Assembly (NCBI GenBank): GCA_035505915.1
Contig: DATJQI010000011.1
Span: forward strand, 44,221-108,220
Length of the DNA stretch: 64,000 nt
DNA from: Gemmatimonadales bacterium
Lineage (GTDB): Bacteria; Gemmatimonadota; Gemmatimonadetes; Gemmatimonadales; GWC2-71-9
Reading direction: 5' to 3'
Of this stretch, positions 9,336 to 18,680 are shown piece by piece; position 1 is the first letter of the stretch, and the number at the start of each line of letters is the position of its first letter. The notes below the pieces were generated by a model. It ran no database searches. It had not been told where the DNA came from and was given only the letters and a program-made list of their open reading frames with translations. Position numbers and translations under genes: made by a program.

Positions 9336-12300
9336 TTACTGCGTTTCGCGGATGGTCTGCTGGTCGTAGTCGAACTTGATGTCCTGCTCGTCGCGCAGGG
9401 AGATCCGGAAGTTGAACGCGAAGGTTCCGTTCGGCCCCTTCACGAACACGAACGAGGCCTGCCAGCGGCGGAGGTCGCGCTGCAGCTGGATGTAGTGCTG
9501 GGCGAACTGATGGGTATGGAAGTCGTACGTCGTGGTCCAGCCCAGGTCCCAGTGCGGCGTCGGACTGAACCGCATGGTCCAGTTCATCTGCTCCTGCCCC
9601 GATCCGTTGACGCCGGGGATCGGCAGCGGCGGCTGGTACGCGGAGTCGGTCTGGTACGGAATCAGGGCGGCCGAGTCGGGACGCGGGCGCGGGCGCGTGC
9701 TGGTGAACGAGACCTGGAGGGAGAAGCCGCTGCCGCCCGCCGGGTTCGGGGCGTACGGGGAATTCATGCCCCGGATGCCGCCGCCGATGGTGGGGATCAC
9801 GCCCCCGGGCACCGGGACCGCGCCCCCGGGCGTGGACGGCGCGAGGCCGGCATTGGCCCCTCCGGCGGCGCCCGCCGCCGGGGTGGTCGGCGGGGGAGCG
9901 CCGCGGGAAACGAGACCCAGGAGCGCGCCGATGCTGCGGAACGTGTTGCCGGAAATCGAGAAGCTGGTCGAGACGTTCGTGAGGAACGGGGAGAAGGTGG
10001 AGCCCCGGACCCCGGCCACGCCCACCCCGCCCCAGAGGTCGTGGGTCAACGACAGGCTGAACCCGGGGAGCAGGTCGGTGGCGAAGGTGTTCGTGAGGGT
10101 CTGGGTCTGCCACCCCGTATATCCCGGCTCCTTGGCGCGCTCGAAGTTGTACTGGATCTGGGAGGTATTGATGGACAGGAGCCGGATCTTCTTCCCCTGC
10201 CCCGTCGTGTCTCCCGCGGGAGGCTTGAGCTTGGCCTCGAAGTTCTGCGACAGCCCGATGCTGATGGTCTGTTGCGGGTCGTTGCGGACCGACTGGTTGA
10301 GCCCCGAGGGGTCGATCGCCTTCGCGTAGGCCGGGTCCACCGCGGACCCCGGCGCGTAGAGATAGTTGACGATGAACTGCAGCGAGTGGCGGATCCGGTC
10401 CACGGGCCCGAACCCCGGGAAGAACCCGAAGAACGTCGGCGCCAGGCTCGCGCCGAAGCCCAGGCGCTTTCCCTGGTGGACCCACTCACCGCCGGTGAAC
10501 TGGTTGCGGATGGCGTAGGGCCCCTGCAGCGTCGAGTTCAGCACGGAAATCTGCGGCTGGAGCTTCCAGCTGTTCCGGAAGAGCGACGGGAGACCGAAGC
10601 TGGTCTGCCAGTCGGCGGTGGTCTGAAAGGTCCGGACGTAGAGCAGCTTCCGCAGCGCCCCGGGACTCGTGCTGTCCTCGATGAAGTACTCGTGCCGCTG
10701 GTTGGAGGCCATGTCGCTGATGTTCAGGGAATTCGACCAGTTCCAGGAGCCGATGCGGATCGGGGTCTGAAACGCGAACGTCGTCTGCCGCTGGTCGAAG
10801 AACTGCGTCGCCGTGTCCACTCCGGTCGGGAACGCGGCGAGCAGGGTTCCGGACGGATTGTGGAACGACTGCAGGTTGGTGTAGCTGATCCCCGGTGACC
10901 AGGTGATGGACTGCGTCACGTTGATGGGGGAGGGCGTGAGGCTGAGGGACGGGAAGGTCTGGCTGACCAGGTCGTTGGACAGGTTCTGCGACCGGGAGCC
11001 GCCGAGGTTGACGGTGCCCCACGAGAACTGCTTCTGGAAGTTGGCCTGGGAGGACAGCTGCGCGGTGGACAGAAAGGGATCCACGGTGTTCTGCTGGATC
11101 ACCTGCGCGCTCGTGGCGTAGTTGACGGTGGCGCTGAACTTGGTCTTCGAGTCGAAGCTCTGGTTATGGAACCAGGTGATCTGGGTCGCGGTCCCCGACT
11201 GGTCGAGCTCCGACAGCTTGGAGTAGCCGATCCCGCCCTGGATGAACTGGTCGAGCCAGCGGTACTGCAGGGCCCCCTGAACCTGCACGTAGCGGTTGGC
11301 GAACCATCCCACCCGTCCCACCACGTCCATGTAGTCGTTCGGCACCCAGTAGTAGCCGAGGTTGGCGATGTGGCGCTGGTACTGGCGGGTGGGCCGGACC
11401 AGGTCGTTCAGGCCGAACTGCGGGACCAGCACGCCGCTCCGGCGCCCCAGCCGGATGTCCTGAAAGATGAACGGCAGCCACATCAGCGGGACGTCGCGGA
11501 TGTACAGCACCGCGGGGCGCGCGATCATCACGTTCTTGTTGAGCCACTTCACTTCCCCGGCCTGGAAGTGGTAGTCGGGAAGCGGCAGATCCGAGGACGT
11601 GATGGACGACCCGGCGCCGAACATCCGGGTGGAGCCCGAGTCCACCGCGATGTCGCCGCGCATGTACCACGTCGCCGACCCCTGGTGAAAGCTGGTCAGC
11701 GCGTTGGCGATGACGCCGCGCTTGAGGCAGTTGTCGTACCGCAGCGAATCCCCGATCATCACGGAGTTTTCGCCGAAGAGCGAAGGCGCCCCGTTGGCGT
11801 CCAGCCGGCAGCTGGCCTGGACGTAGTGGATGGAGTCGGCCTGCAGCTTCGAGCCGTCCTGGTCCACCAGGGCGTTCTGCCGGAGCTCGAGCTCGTTCCC
11901 TTGGCCGCCCTGGTGCATGGTCATGGAATCCGCCGTATACCGCGTGATGCGGTAGCCTTTGCGGGCGAGCAGCGAATCCATCAGGGCGTCGGACGGCGGG
12001 AAGGCGTGGGTGGGACCGGTGGGAAGACCGAGGCGTCGGGCGGTGGCGGTGTCGATCACCCGCCCGGTGGCCCCGGCCGCGGCGCCCCCCGCGCCCGCCG
12101 CGCCCGGGGCACCGCGTGTCGTGTCCGGGCGAGGGGGCGGCTGGGTCGGCCGCTGGGCCGACAGTCCTCCGGCTCCCAGGAGCGCCAGCAGCACGATCAC
12201 GCCGGCGACCGTCCCCGGTCCCGGCCCGGTCCCCCCGGGCGGCCCGGTCGTCTCCGCCGCCTCGGCCGCCTGGCGGCGCTCGCGGCGGCGCCCCACGACC

Positions 12301-13013
12301 CAGACGCACCAGATGCTGACTTCGTAGAGCGCCACCATCGGCACCATCATCACGATCATCGACAGCGCATCGGGCGGCGCCAGGAACGCGGCGATCAACG
12401 CCGCCACGACCAGGGCGTAGCGGCGGTTCCGCGCGAGGAAGCGGGCGTTCACGAGTCCGAACCCCGCGAGCACCACCATCACGAGGGGCATCTCGGCGAT
12501 GGCCCCGAACGCGAGGATCAGCGGGATGGCGAACCCGAAGTACCGTTCGGCCGTGATGATCGGGGCGAGGTGCTCCCGCTGGAACGAGAGCAGCATGCCC
12601 AGGGCCCGGGGGAGCACCAGGAAGTACGCCGCCCCCGCTCCGGCGGCGAAGAGCACGAGCCCGACGGTCAGCGAGGGCACGAGCACGCGCCGCTCGCGTT
12701 CGTACAGCGCCGGCGCGAGGAAGGCCCAGATCTGGTAGACCAGCACGGGGGACGCCAGCACGATCCCCACGGCCAGCGCGAGCTTCAGGGTGATGAAGAA
12801 GGCTTCGGTGGGCCCCGTGACCATCAGATGGCCCCCGGGCACGAGGGGCGTGATGGGAATCATCAGGAGGCCCAGAACGTCGAACCTCGTCACGACGCCC
12901 CAGCCGATCATCGCGCCGATCATGACGGCGATGGCGCTCCGGAAGAGACGCCACCGGAGCTCCTCGAGGTGCTCGAGGAACGGCATCTCGCCGCGGGGAG
13001 TGGGAGCGGCCAC
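9336..13013 (-). CDS. tatC: single ORF fusing TatC (aa 1 to ~245) to an LptD-like outer-membrane LPS-assembly protein (aa ~318 to 1225) through a 7th hydrophobic segment
   Basis: TatC part: MPFLEHLEELRWRLF plus six hydrophobic segments. There is no stop after TM6. The frame continues GRRRERRQAAEAAETTGPPGGTGPGPGT-VAGVIVLLALLGAGGLSAQ-RPTQPPPRP. LptD part: DYHFQAGEVKWLNKNVMIARPAVLYIRDVPLMWLPFIFQDIRLGRRSGVLVPQFG (the RRSGFLxP motif), LGYYWVPN, and a long beta-rich C-terminus. Confidence 0.8.
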   Translation of the reverse strand: MAAPTPRGEMPFLEHLEELRWRLFRSAIAVMIGAMIGWGVVTRFDVLGLLMIPITPLVPGGHLMVTGPTEAFFITLKLALAVGIVLASPVLVYQIWAFLAPALYERERRVLVPSLTVGLVLFAAGAGAAYFLVLPRALGMLLSFQREHLAPIITAERYFGFAIPLILAFGAIAEMPLVMVVLAGFGLVNARFLARNRRYALVVAALIAAFLAPPDALSMIVMMVPMVALYEVSIWCVWVVGRRRERRQAAEAAETTGPPGGTGPGPGTVAGVIVLLALLGAGGLSAQRPTQPPPRPDTTRGAPGAAGAGGAAAGATGRVIDTATARRLGLPTGPTHAFPPSDALMDSLLARKGYRITRYTADSMTMHQGGQGNELELRQNALVDQDGSKLQADSIHYVQASCRLDANGAPSLFGENSVMIGDSLRYDNCLKRGVIANALTSFHQGSATWYMRGDIAVDSGSTRMFGAGSSITSSDLPLPDYHFQAGEVKWLNKNVMIARPAVLYIRDVPLMWLPFIFQDIRLGRRSGVLVPQFGLNDLVRPTRQYQRHIANLGYYWVPNDYMDVVGRVGWFANRYVQVQGALQYRWLDQFIQGGIGYSKLSELDQSGTATQITWFHNQSFDSKTKFSATVNYATSAQVIQQNTVDPFLSTAQLSSQANFQKQFSWGTVNLGGSRSQNLSNDLVSQTFPSLSLTPSPINVTQSITWSPGISYTNLQSFHNPSGTLLAAFPTGVDTATQFFDQRQTTFAFQTPIRIGSWNWSNSLNISDMASNQRHEYFIEDSTSPGALRKLLYVRTFQTTADWQTSFGLPSLFRNSWKLQPQISVLNSTLQGPYAIRNQFTGGEWVHQGKRLGFGASLAPTFFGFFPGFGPVDRIRHSLQFIVNYLYAPGSAVDPAYAKAIDPSGLNQSVRNDPQQTISIGLSQNFEAKLKPPAGDTTGQGKKIRLLSINTSQIQYNFERAKEPGYTGWQTQTLTNTFATDLLPGFSLSLTHDLWGGVGVAGVRGSTFSPFLTNVSTSFSISGNTFRSIGALLGLVSRGAPPPTTPAAGAAGGANAGLAPSTPGGAVPVPGGVIPTIGGGIRGMNSPYAPNPAGGSGFSLQVSFTSTRPRPRPDSAALIPYQTDSAYQPPLPIPGVNGSGQEQMNWTMRFSPTPHWDLGWTTTYDFHTHQFAQHYIQLQRDLRRWQASFVFVKGPNGTFAFNFRISLRDEQDIKFDYDQQTIRETQ

Positions 13014-13023
13014 GGAGGCCGGG

Positions 13024-13806
13024 CTAGTGTCCGAGGCTCTGGAGCCGGAGCCGGGCGAGGTTGGCCTCGTCCGAGCGCGGATACCCCGCGATCACCCGGT
13101 TGTAGTACGTCCGGGCCAGCGCCTTGTCGGACTTCTCGGCCAGGAGGCCGAGCTTGTAGAGGGCGGTGGGCGCCCGCGAGGAATTGGGGTAGCTCTTCAC
13201 GACCTGAGCATACACCGGAGCGGCGGAATCGGGCTGGAGATCTCCGAAGCTCTCCCCGATGAAGAACAGGGCGTCGGCGGCGCGGGGGTCCGCGGGATAG
13301 GCCTGGAGGAACTGGCGGAATCCGGAGCGGGCCGTGGCGACGCTCCCCTTGCGGTACTGCTGCAGGGAGGCGTCGTACATCTGGTCCGCCGTGGCGCCAC
13401 CCGCCCCGGGGGAGGCGGTGGACGCCGCGCCCGCGGCGGTGTCGGGCCCGGTGATGGGTTGCGCGGCGCGCGCCTCGAGCTGGGACCGCAGCTCGGTGAG
13501 GCGCTGCTGGCTCTGGCCGGTGAGCTCCTGCACGCTCACGAGCTGCTGCTGGATGTTCAGGTGGTCGTTCTTGGCGTCGCCGCGCAGCTGGACCAGGTAG
13601 GCCTGCTGCGCGGTGAGCGCCTGCTGCACCGCCGCGATGGCGGTGAGGATGCTGTCGCGCTCGGAGTGGCGGAGCGAATCCGAGCGGCTGATCTGGGCCT
13701 GGAGCGCCTCGACCTCGAGGCCCACCTTCCGGACGTCGCCCTTGAGCGCGCATCCGGTGGTGACCCCGAGGCCGAGGAGCGCGAGGCGTCGCGCCAGGCC
13801 GGGCAC
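13024..13806 (-). CDS. cpoB: Tol-Pal system protein CpoB/YbgF (coiled coil plus TPR), lipoprotein form
   Basis: Signal with Cys (LLGLGVTTGC), a coiled-coil region, and a C-terminal YbgF-type TPR (YDASLQQYRKGSVATARSGFRQFLQAYPADPRAADALFFIGESF...YKLGLL). Sits immediately after pal. Confidence 0.85.
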   Translation of the reverse strand: MPGLARRLALLGLGVTTGCALKGDVRKVGLEVEALQAQISRSDSLRHSERDSILTAIAAVQQALTAQQAYLVQLRGDAKNDHLNIQQQLVSVQELTGQSQQRLTELRSQLEARAAQPITGPDTAAGAASTASPGAGGATADQMYDASLQQYRKGSVATARSGFRQFLQAYPADPRAADALFFIGESFGDLQPDSAAPVYAQVVKSYPNSSRAPTALYKLGLLAEKSDKALARTYYNRVIAGYPRSDEANLARLRLQSLGH

Positions 13807-13811
13807 GCCGC

Positions 13812-14438
13812 TTACGGCTTCACCAGCGCGTCACCGCCCGCCAGGATGGTGAACTCGTCACGCCGGTTCTTGGCCCAGGCCTCTTCGGTGTGGCCGGGGT
13901 CGAGCGGGCGCTCTTCGCCGTTGGAGACCGTCTCGACGCGGCCGGCGTCGATGCCGTGCGTCACGAGATACTGCTTCGCGGCGTTGGCGCGGCGGTTGCC
14001 GAGGGCCAGGTTGTACTCCTGCGAGCCGCGCTCGTCGCAGTTGCCCGCCACCTGGATCCGCAGTCCCGGGTTCTTCTGCAGGATGGCGATCTTCTGATCG
14101 AGCACGGCCTGATCGGCCGCCTGGATGTCCGACTTGTTGAACTCGAAGTGGATCATGGTGGCCAGCATCGCGCGGACTTCGTCGGCGCTGTGCGACGCGG
14201 CGGCGGCCGAGTCGGCGGCGCGGGCGCGGGCGATGCTGTCGGCCATCGCGCGGGCGCGGGCCATCGAATCCGCCTGCGCCTGCGCGAGCGAATCGGCGCG
14301 ACGCTTGGCGTTCTCGGCGGCGGTGTCGGGCGCCGTCGTGGCGACGGGCGTGGGCGTGTTGTCGGGCTTCTTTCCACAGGCGGCGACGGCCAGGGCCGTC
14401 GCGACGGCCGCCAGGGTGACGGATTGCAGGCGTGTCAT
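13812..14438 (-). CDS. pal: peptidoglycan-associated lipoprotein (OmpA-family)
   Basis: Lipobox LAVAACGKK. OmpA-like domain FEFNKSDI...AGNCDERGSQEYNLALGNRRANAAKQYL. ATG at 14438 is preceded by GGAG; the TTG at 14453 in the track is less likely. Confidence 0.92.
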   Translation of the reverse strand: MTRLQSVTLAAVATALAVAACGKKPDNTPTPVATTAPDTAAENAKRRADSLAQAQADSMARARAMADSIARARAADSAAAASHSADEVRAMLATMIHFEFNKSDIQAADQAVLDQKIAILQKNPGLRIQVAGNCDERGSQEYNLALGNRRANAAKQYLVTHGIDAGRVETVSNGEERPLDPGHTEEAWAKNRRDEFTILAGGDALVKP

Positions 14439-14454
14439 TGACGCGATCTCCAAG

Positions 14455-15864
14455 TCAGGGGGTGGCGGAAGCGGCTTCCGGCAGCCTCGGCGACCAGGCC
14501 GGCAGGCGTTCCCCGCTCTGCTGCAGCAGGGGACGGATGCGGCCGGTCTCCAGATCGATGATCCAGAGCTGCCGGTACCCCGCGCGATCCGAAACGAATA
14601 CCAAGTGCCGGCTGTCGGGCGCCCACGACGGATCTTCGTTCCGCCCGAGGGACGTCAGCTGCTTCACCGTGCCCTTGCGGACGTCCAGAACGAAGACCTG
14701 CAAGGTGCCGCCGACGTCACGGTGAAACGCGACCGACAGACCATCCGGGGACCAATCGGGCGCGTTGGACGATCCGGACACACCATAGTCGAAGGGCGCG
14801 AAGAGCTGCTGATCGGTCCCGTCGGCGCCCATCACGTAGATCTGCGGCAGACCCGGACGGGTGGAGACGAAGGCGAGGCGGCGCCCGTCGGGACTGTAAG
14901 TCGGGGACAAGTTGTCAGAAAACTTTCCCACGGTCAAGCGCTGAAGGCAGCAGGCGTCCCGATAATCGACCGTCCAGAGGTCGGTCCCCTCCTCGGTCGC
15001 GCGGCTGAAAGCGATGGTCTTGCCGTCGGGCGAGAATGCCGGCGTGAAGTCCGACGCCCGCCCCGTACTGCCATAGACCACCGATCGCTTGCCGCTGGCC
15101 AGGTCGAGCAGGTAGATCTGCCCGTGTCCCTGATTGAACTCCATGTACGCGACCTTCTTGCCGTCCGGGGACCAGGCCGGCGACAGGGCCTCCTGCGTGG
15201 CCGAGGACATCAGATGAAGATTCGCTCCGTCCTGATCCACGGACCACACGTGCTTGTCCTTCACGAACAACACGCGGGTGGCGGCGACGCCGGGGGCCGC
15301 GAGGGCGGCCTGGACGACGTCGTCGGCCAGGCGGTGGACGGCCATCCGGTACCCGGGTTCGCCCGGCGCGGGCAGCCGGCCGGCCAGGGTGCGCCGCACC
15401 GCGGCGGCGGCGACGTCGTGCAGCAGCACGAGCACCGAGTCGCCCGCGCCCGCGCGGATCTGCACCGCGAAATCCGCGCCCAGCGCCTGAAACAACGTGT
15501 AGTTGAGGCCGGCGGCGCTCGCCGCGGCGCGGTCGTGCCCCCGCCCCGCCCCCGCCGCTCCGGCGGGCGGAGGAGGCGGCGGCGCCAGCGAGTCGCCGCC
15601 GGGCAGGGTGATCACTTCGAAGCGATCCGAAAAATCCAGATCGCGGCCGATGATGGCGCGCACCGAATCGAGCGGGCCCGCCGCCACCGGCAGCACCACG
15701 AGGCCGGGGCGGACCCCGGGACGGTACGTGATGCCGATGCGGACGCCGCGGTCCACGGCCGACGTGTCCTGGCCCACGAGACGGCCGGACGGGGAGACGG
15801 CTAGAAACATCCCGAGCGCGCAGAGGGCACCAGCCGTCCACCCGTTTACCCGTCTGGCGGTCAC
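14455..15864 (-). CDS. tolB: Tol-Pal system beta-propeller protein TolB
   Basis: Repeated WSPDG / FSPDG / YSPDG propeller blades. GTG at 15864 overlaps the tolA TGA (GTGA) and gives a signal peptide VTARRVNGWTAGALCALGMFLAVSP. Confidence 0.92.
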   Translation of the reverse strand: MTARRVNGWTAGALCALGMFLAVSPSGRLVGQDTSAVDRGVRIGITYRPGVRPGLVVLPVAAGPLDSVRAIIGRDLDFSDRFEVITLPGGDSLAPPPPPPAGAAGAGRGHDRAAASAAGLNYTLFQALGADFAVQIRAGAGDSVLVLLHDVAAAAVRRTLAGRLPAPGEPGYRMAVHRLADDVVQAALAAPGVAATRVLFVKDKHVWSVDQDGANLHLMSSATQEALSPAWSPDGKKVAYMEFNQGHGQIYLLDLASGKRSVVYGSTGRASDFTPAFSPDGKTIAFSRATEEGTDLWTVDYRDACCLQRLTVGKFSDNLSPTYSPDGRRLAFVSTRPGLPQIYVMGADGTDQQLFAPFDYGVSGSSNAPDWSPDGLSVAFHRDVGGTLQVFVLDVRKGTVKQLTSLGRNEDPSWAPDSRHLVFVSDRAGYRQLWIIDLETGRIRPLLQQSGERLPAWSPRLPEAASATP

Positions 15865-16550
15865 TGCTTGAGTCCCGAGAAATAGAAGCGGACGAAGAGC
15901 ACGTCGGAGGTCCACCCGTCCGGCAGCACGCCGAACGCCTTCGAGTCCCCCGCCGACTCCACCGCGCCTTCGGCTTCGAGATCGAACGAGAAGTTGCCGG
16001 AGCGCTTGGTGAACTGCAGGCCGGTCACCGTCCCGTCCCGATGCACGAAGAACGACACCTCGGCCTCGAGCGGCGTGCTCTCCGTGGGACGCTGCCAGCG
16101 GCGGAGGACCTGGGACACGATGTTCTGCAGATACTCGGGGTACGGAAACGCGATGCCCTCGGTGGAGACGGTCGCCACATCCTTGCCCGTCGACGGCGCT
16201 TCCCCCGGGATGCGCGGCGTCGGCGGCGTGCTGCGCGGCGCCGCCTCGCGGCGCTTGGTATCGGCGTTCGGCGGCGCCGGCGTCGGGACGGACCTGGGCG
16301 GAGGCGTGCGCTTGGCCGGGGGCGCGGGCGCCGGAGGCGGCGCCGCCTCCCGCTGCACGACGTCCGGCGCCTTCTTCTGCTCGGGGGTCGCGTCCGGCGC
16401 GGCGACGAGCCGCACGGCGTAGGTCGGCGGCGCCACGGCGTGCGCGCCGTGCGCGGAGAGGATGACGAACGCCACCGCGAGCGCGTGGACGAGCACCGTG
16501 CCGGTCAGGCCGATCCCGACCGAGTTGCCGCTCCGGAGACGCGCGGTCAC
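15861..16550 (-). CDS. tolA: TolA-position protein: N-terminal TM anchor, Pro-rich linker, TonB_C-like domain
   Basis: TM segment IGLTGTVLVHALAVAFVILSA, linker PPPAPAPPAKRTPPPRSVPTPAPP, C-terminal EAEVSFFVHRDGTVTGLQFTKRSGN. Sits between tolR and tolB. GTGA overlap at 16547..16550. Confidence 0.75.
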   Translation of the reverse strand: MTARLRSGNSVGIGLTGTVLVHALAVAFVILSAHGAHAVAPPTYAVRLVAAPDATPEQKKAPDVVQREAAPPPAPAPPAKRTPPPRSVPTPAPPNADTKRREAAPRSTPPTPRIPGEAPSTGKDVATVSTEGIAFPYPEYLQNIVSQVLRRWQRPTESTPLEAEVSFFVHRDGTVTGLQFTKRSGNFSFDLEAEGAVESAGDSKAFGVLPDGWTSDVLFVRFYFSGLKQ

Positions 16551-16984
16551 GGCGCGGGGGTCTCCGCTTCGGCCACGAGCCCCACGTCGTTCACTCCGGC
16601 CTCGCGGATCACCGCGAGCACCTGCACCACCGTGCCGTACGCCACCCCCTGGTCGGCGCGGAGGTACACGCCGGAGGGGTGCTTGCTCCGGACGAACGCG
16701 GCGAACGTGGCCTTGAATTCCGGGTAGGTCAGCGGCGACTGGTCCAGGAAGATCTGTCCCTGGCGGTCGACGGTGACGATCAGTCCCTGCTTGGGTTCGA
16801 GGGGCTTGGCGGCGGCGTGCGGGAGCGTGACGTCCACGCCGCCCTGCATGATGGGCGCGGTGATCATGAAGATGATGAGGAGCACGAACGCCACGTCCAC
16901 GAGCGACGTGACGTTGATGTCCGCGTTGAGCGGCAGCTCACCGCGTCCCCGGAGCCCCCCGCCGGAAAGGAGGCCGCCCGCCAC
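16547..16984 (-). CDS. tolR: biopolymer transport protein TolR/ExbD
   Basis: 145 aa. INVTSLVDVAFVLLIIFMITAP followed by a periplasmic ExbD fold. Sits after tolQ. Confidence 0.9.
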   Translation of the reverse strand: MAGGLLSGGGLRGRGELPLNADINVTSLVDVAFVLLIIFMITAPIMQGGVDVTLPHAAAKPLEPKQGLIVTVDRQGQIFLDQSPLTYPEFKATFAAFVRSKHPSGVYLRADQGVAYGTVVQVLAVIREAGVNDVGLVAEAETPAP

Positions 16985-16985
16985 G

Positions 16986-17699
16986 CTAGAGCCGTCCTTC
17001 CCGCGCCATCGTCCCGATGATCTCCTGCGCGAAGCCTTCCAGCTCTCCCGCGAACAGGCCGAGGCGACTGACGAAGATGTTGTAGGCCATCACGGCCGGA
17101 ACGGCGACGGCCAGCCCGGCGACCGTGGTGACCAGCGCTTCGGCGACGCCCGGCGCCACCGCCCCGATGTTCCCCGAGCCCCCGGCGGCGATCCCGATGA
17201 ACGCGTCCATCACGCCCAGCACGGTGCCCAGGAGACCGAGGAGCGGCGAGACCGAGCCGAAGGTCGCGAGCCAGGGAATGAAGCGCGCCGCGGCGTCCCG
17301 CTCGGCCGCCACTTCCTTGGCGAGCATCATCCGCAGGGCTTCGAGCTGAGTGGTGGTCAGGGTCGCCGGCGGAGTGTTCGGATCCTTCTTGAGCGTGCCC
17401 GGCTTGAGCTCCGAGAAGAAGTGGATCCCTTCCCGAAGCACCCGGTTGTAGGGAGACCCGGGGAGACGCATCGCCGCGTGGTACGCGTCCTCCAGGCGCT
17501 GCGCCTTCTCGATCTCGACCATGAAGCGGTCGGCCTGCCGCCGGAGGCGGCGGAACTGCCACCACTTCAGGGCGATGATGTACCAGGAGGCGATGGAGAA
17601 GAGGACCAGCACCACGAGCACGACCTTCGTCTCGCGGGAAGACGTCAGCACCAGCTCCCACGGCGTGGTCGGAACCGCCCGCCCCAGCTGCGTCAGCAC
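16986..17699 (-). CDS. tolQ: MotA/TolQ/ExbB proton-channel protein TolQ
   Basis: 237 aa, three TM segments, LGLLGTVLGVMDAFIGIA motif, GTG start. Confidence 0.9.
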   Translation of the reverse strand: MLTQLGRAVPTTPWELVLTSSRETKVVLVVLVLFSIASWYIIALKWWQFRRLRRQADRFMVEIEKAQRLEDAYHAAMRLPGSPYNRVLREGIHFFSELKPGTLKKDPNTPPATLTTTQLEALRMMLAKEVAAERDAAARFIPWLATFGSVSPLLGLLGTVLGVMDAFIGIAAGGSGNIGAVAPGVAEALVTTVAGLAVAVPAVMAYNIFVSRLGLFAGELEGFAQEIIGTMAREGRL

Positions 17700-17700
17700 G

Positions 17701-18645
17701 TCACGCCTCCATTATTGAGCGGACCGTGGCCTTGAGTCCCTCGGCCAGCGACGTCCGGGGGCGCCAGCCCAGCTCCCGGGCCGATTTCTCGACGCTCAGG
17801 CAGCTCCGGAGGAGCTCGCCCGCCCGGGCCGGGGCCCGCTGGATGTCGGCCGCCCGCCCCGCCCCCGCGGCGAGGAGCTCCGCGAGCCGGTTGACGGACG
17901 TCTCCACCCCGGTGCCGATGTTCCAGGCCCGGGCGTCGAGGCCGGAGAGGGGCGGCAACACCGCGCGGGACGCCCGCTCGTTGGCGTCCGCCACGTCGAG
18001 GACGTAGACCATGTCACGGGTCTGGCCGCCGTCGCCGAAAATCGTGATGGGGGCGCCGTCCGCGATGCGCTTCGAGAAGATGGCCACCACTCCCGCCTCG
18101 CCGTGCGGATTCTGGCGCGGCCCGTACACGTTGCTGTAGCGGAGCACCGCGGCCTCGATGCCGTAGAGCTGTGAAAACGTCGCCAGGTAGTACTCGGAAG
18201 CGAGCTTGGCGGTCCCGTAGGGAGAGGCCGGGAGTTTGGGGGAGGTCTCCCCGAACGGCAGCCGGTCGCTCTCCCCGTACACCGTGCCGCCCGACGAGGC
18301 GAACACCACCCGGCGGACGCCGCCCGCGCGGGCGCCCTCGAGGAGATTGAGGAGCCCGACGATGTTCACGCCCGCGTCGAAGACCGGATCCTCCACCGAC
18401 CGGCGGACATCCATCTGCGCGGCGTGGTGGTTCAGGATCGTGAAGGCCCCCCCCGCCACCAGGGCGCGGGCCTCCGGCGAGCGGATGTCGGCCTGGACGA
18501 ACCGCGCGCCGGCCGGGACGTTCTCGCGCCGGCCGCTCGAGAGGTCGTCGAGGACGGTGACCTCGTCGCCCGCGGCCAGATGTGCGTCCGCCACGTGGGA
18601 GCCGATGAAGCCCGCGCCGCCCGTTATCAAGACCCTTCGAGCCAT
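17701..18645 (-). CDS. NAD-dependent epimerase/dehydratase (UDP-glucose 4-epimerase-like)
   Basis: ATG at 18645 gives MARRVLITGGAGFIGSH. Catalytic SPYGTAKLASE (YxxxK). The upstream 28 codons of the track ORF were dropped. Confidence 0.85.
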   Translation of the reverse strand: MARRVLITGGAGFIGSHVADAHLAAGDEVTVLDDLSSGRRENVPAGARFVQADIRSPEARALVAGGAFTILNHHAAQMDVRRSVEDPVFDAGVNIVGLLNLLEGARAGGVRRVVFASSGGTVYGESDRLPFGETSPKLPASPYGTAKLASEYYLATFSQLYGIEAAVLRYSNVYGPRQNPHGEAGVVAIFSKRIADGAPITIFGDGGQTRDMVYVLDVADANERASRAVLPPLSGLDARAWNIGTGVETSVNRLAELLAAGAGRAADIQRAPARAGELLRSCLSVEKSARELGWRPRTSLAEGLKATVRSIMEA

Positions 18646-18680
18646 GTGCCGATCAGTCCTGGGTGAAGGTCCGAGGGGCT

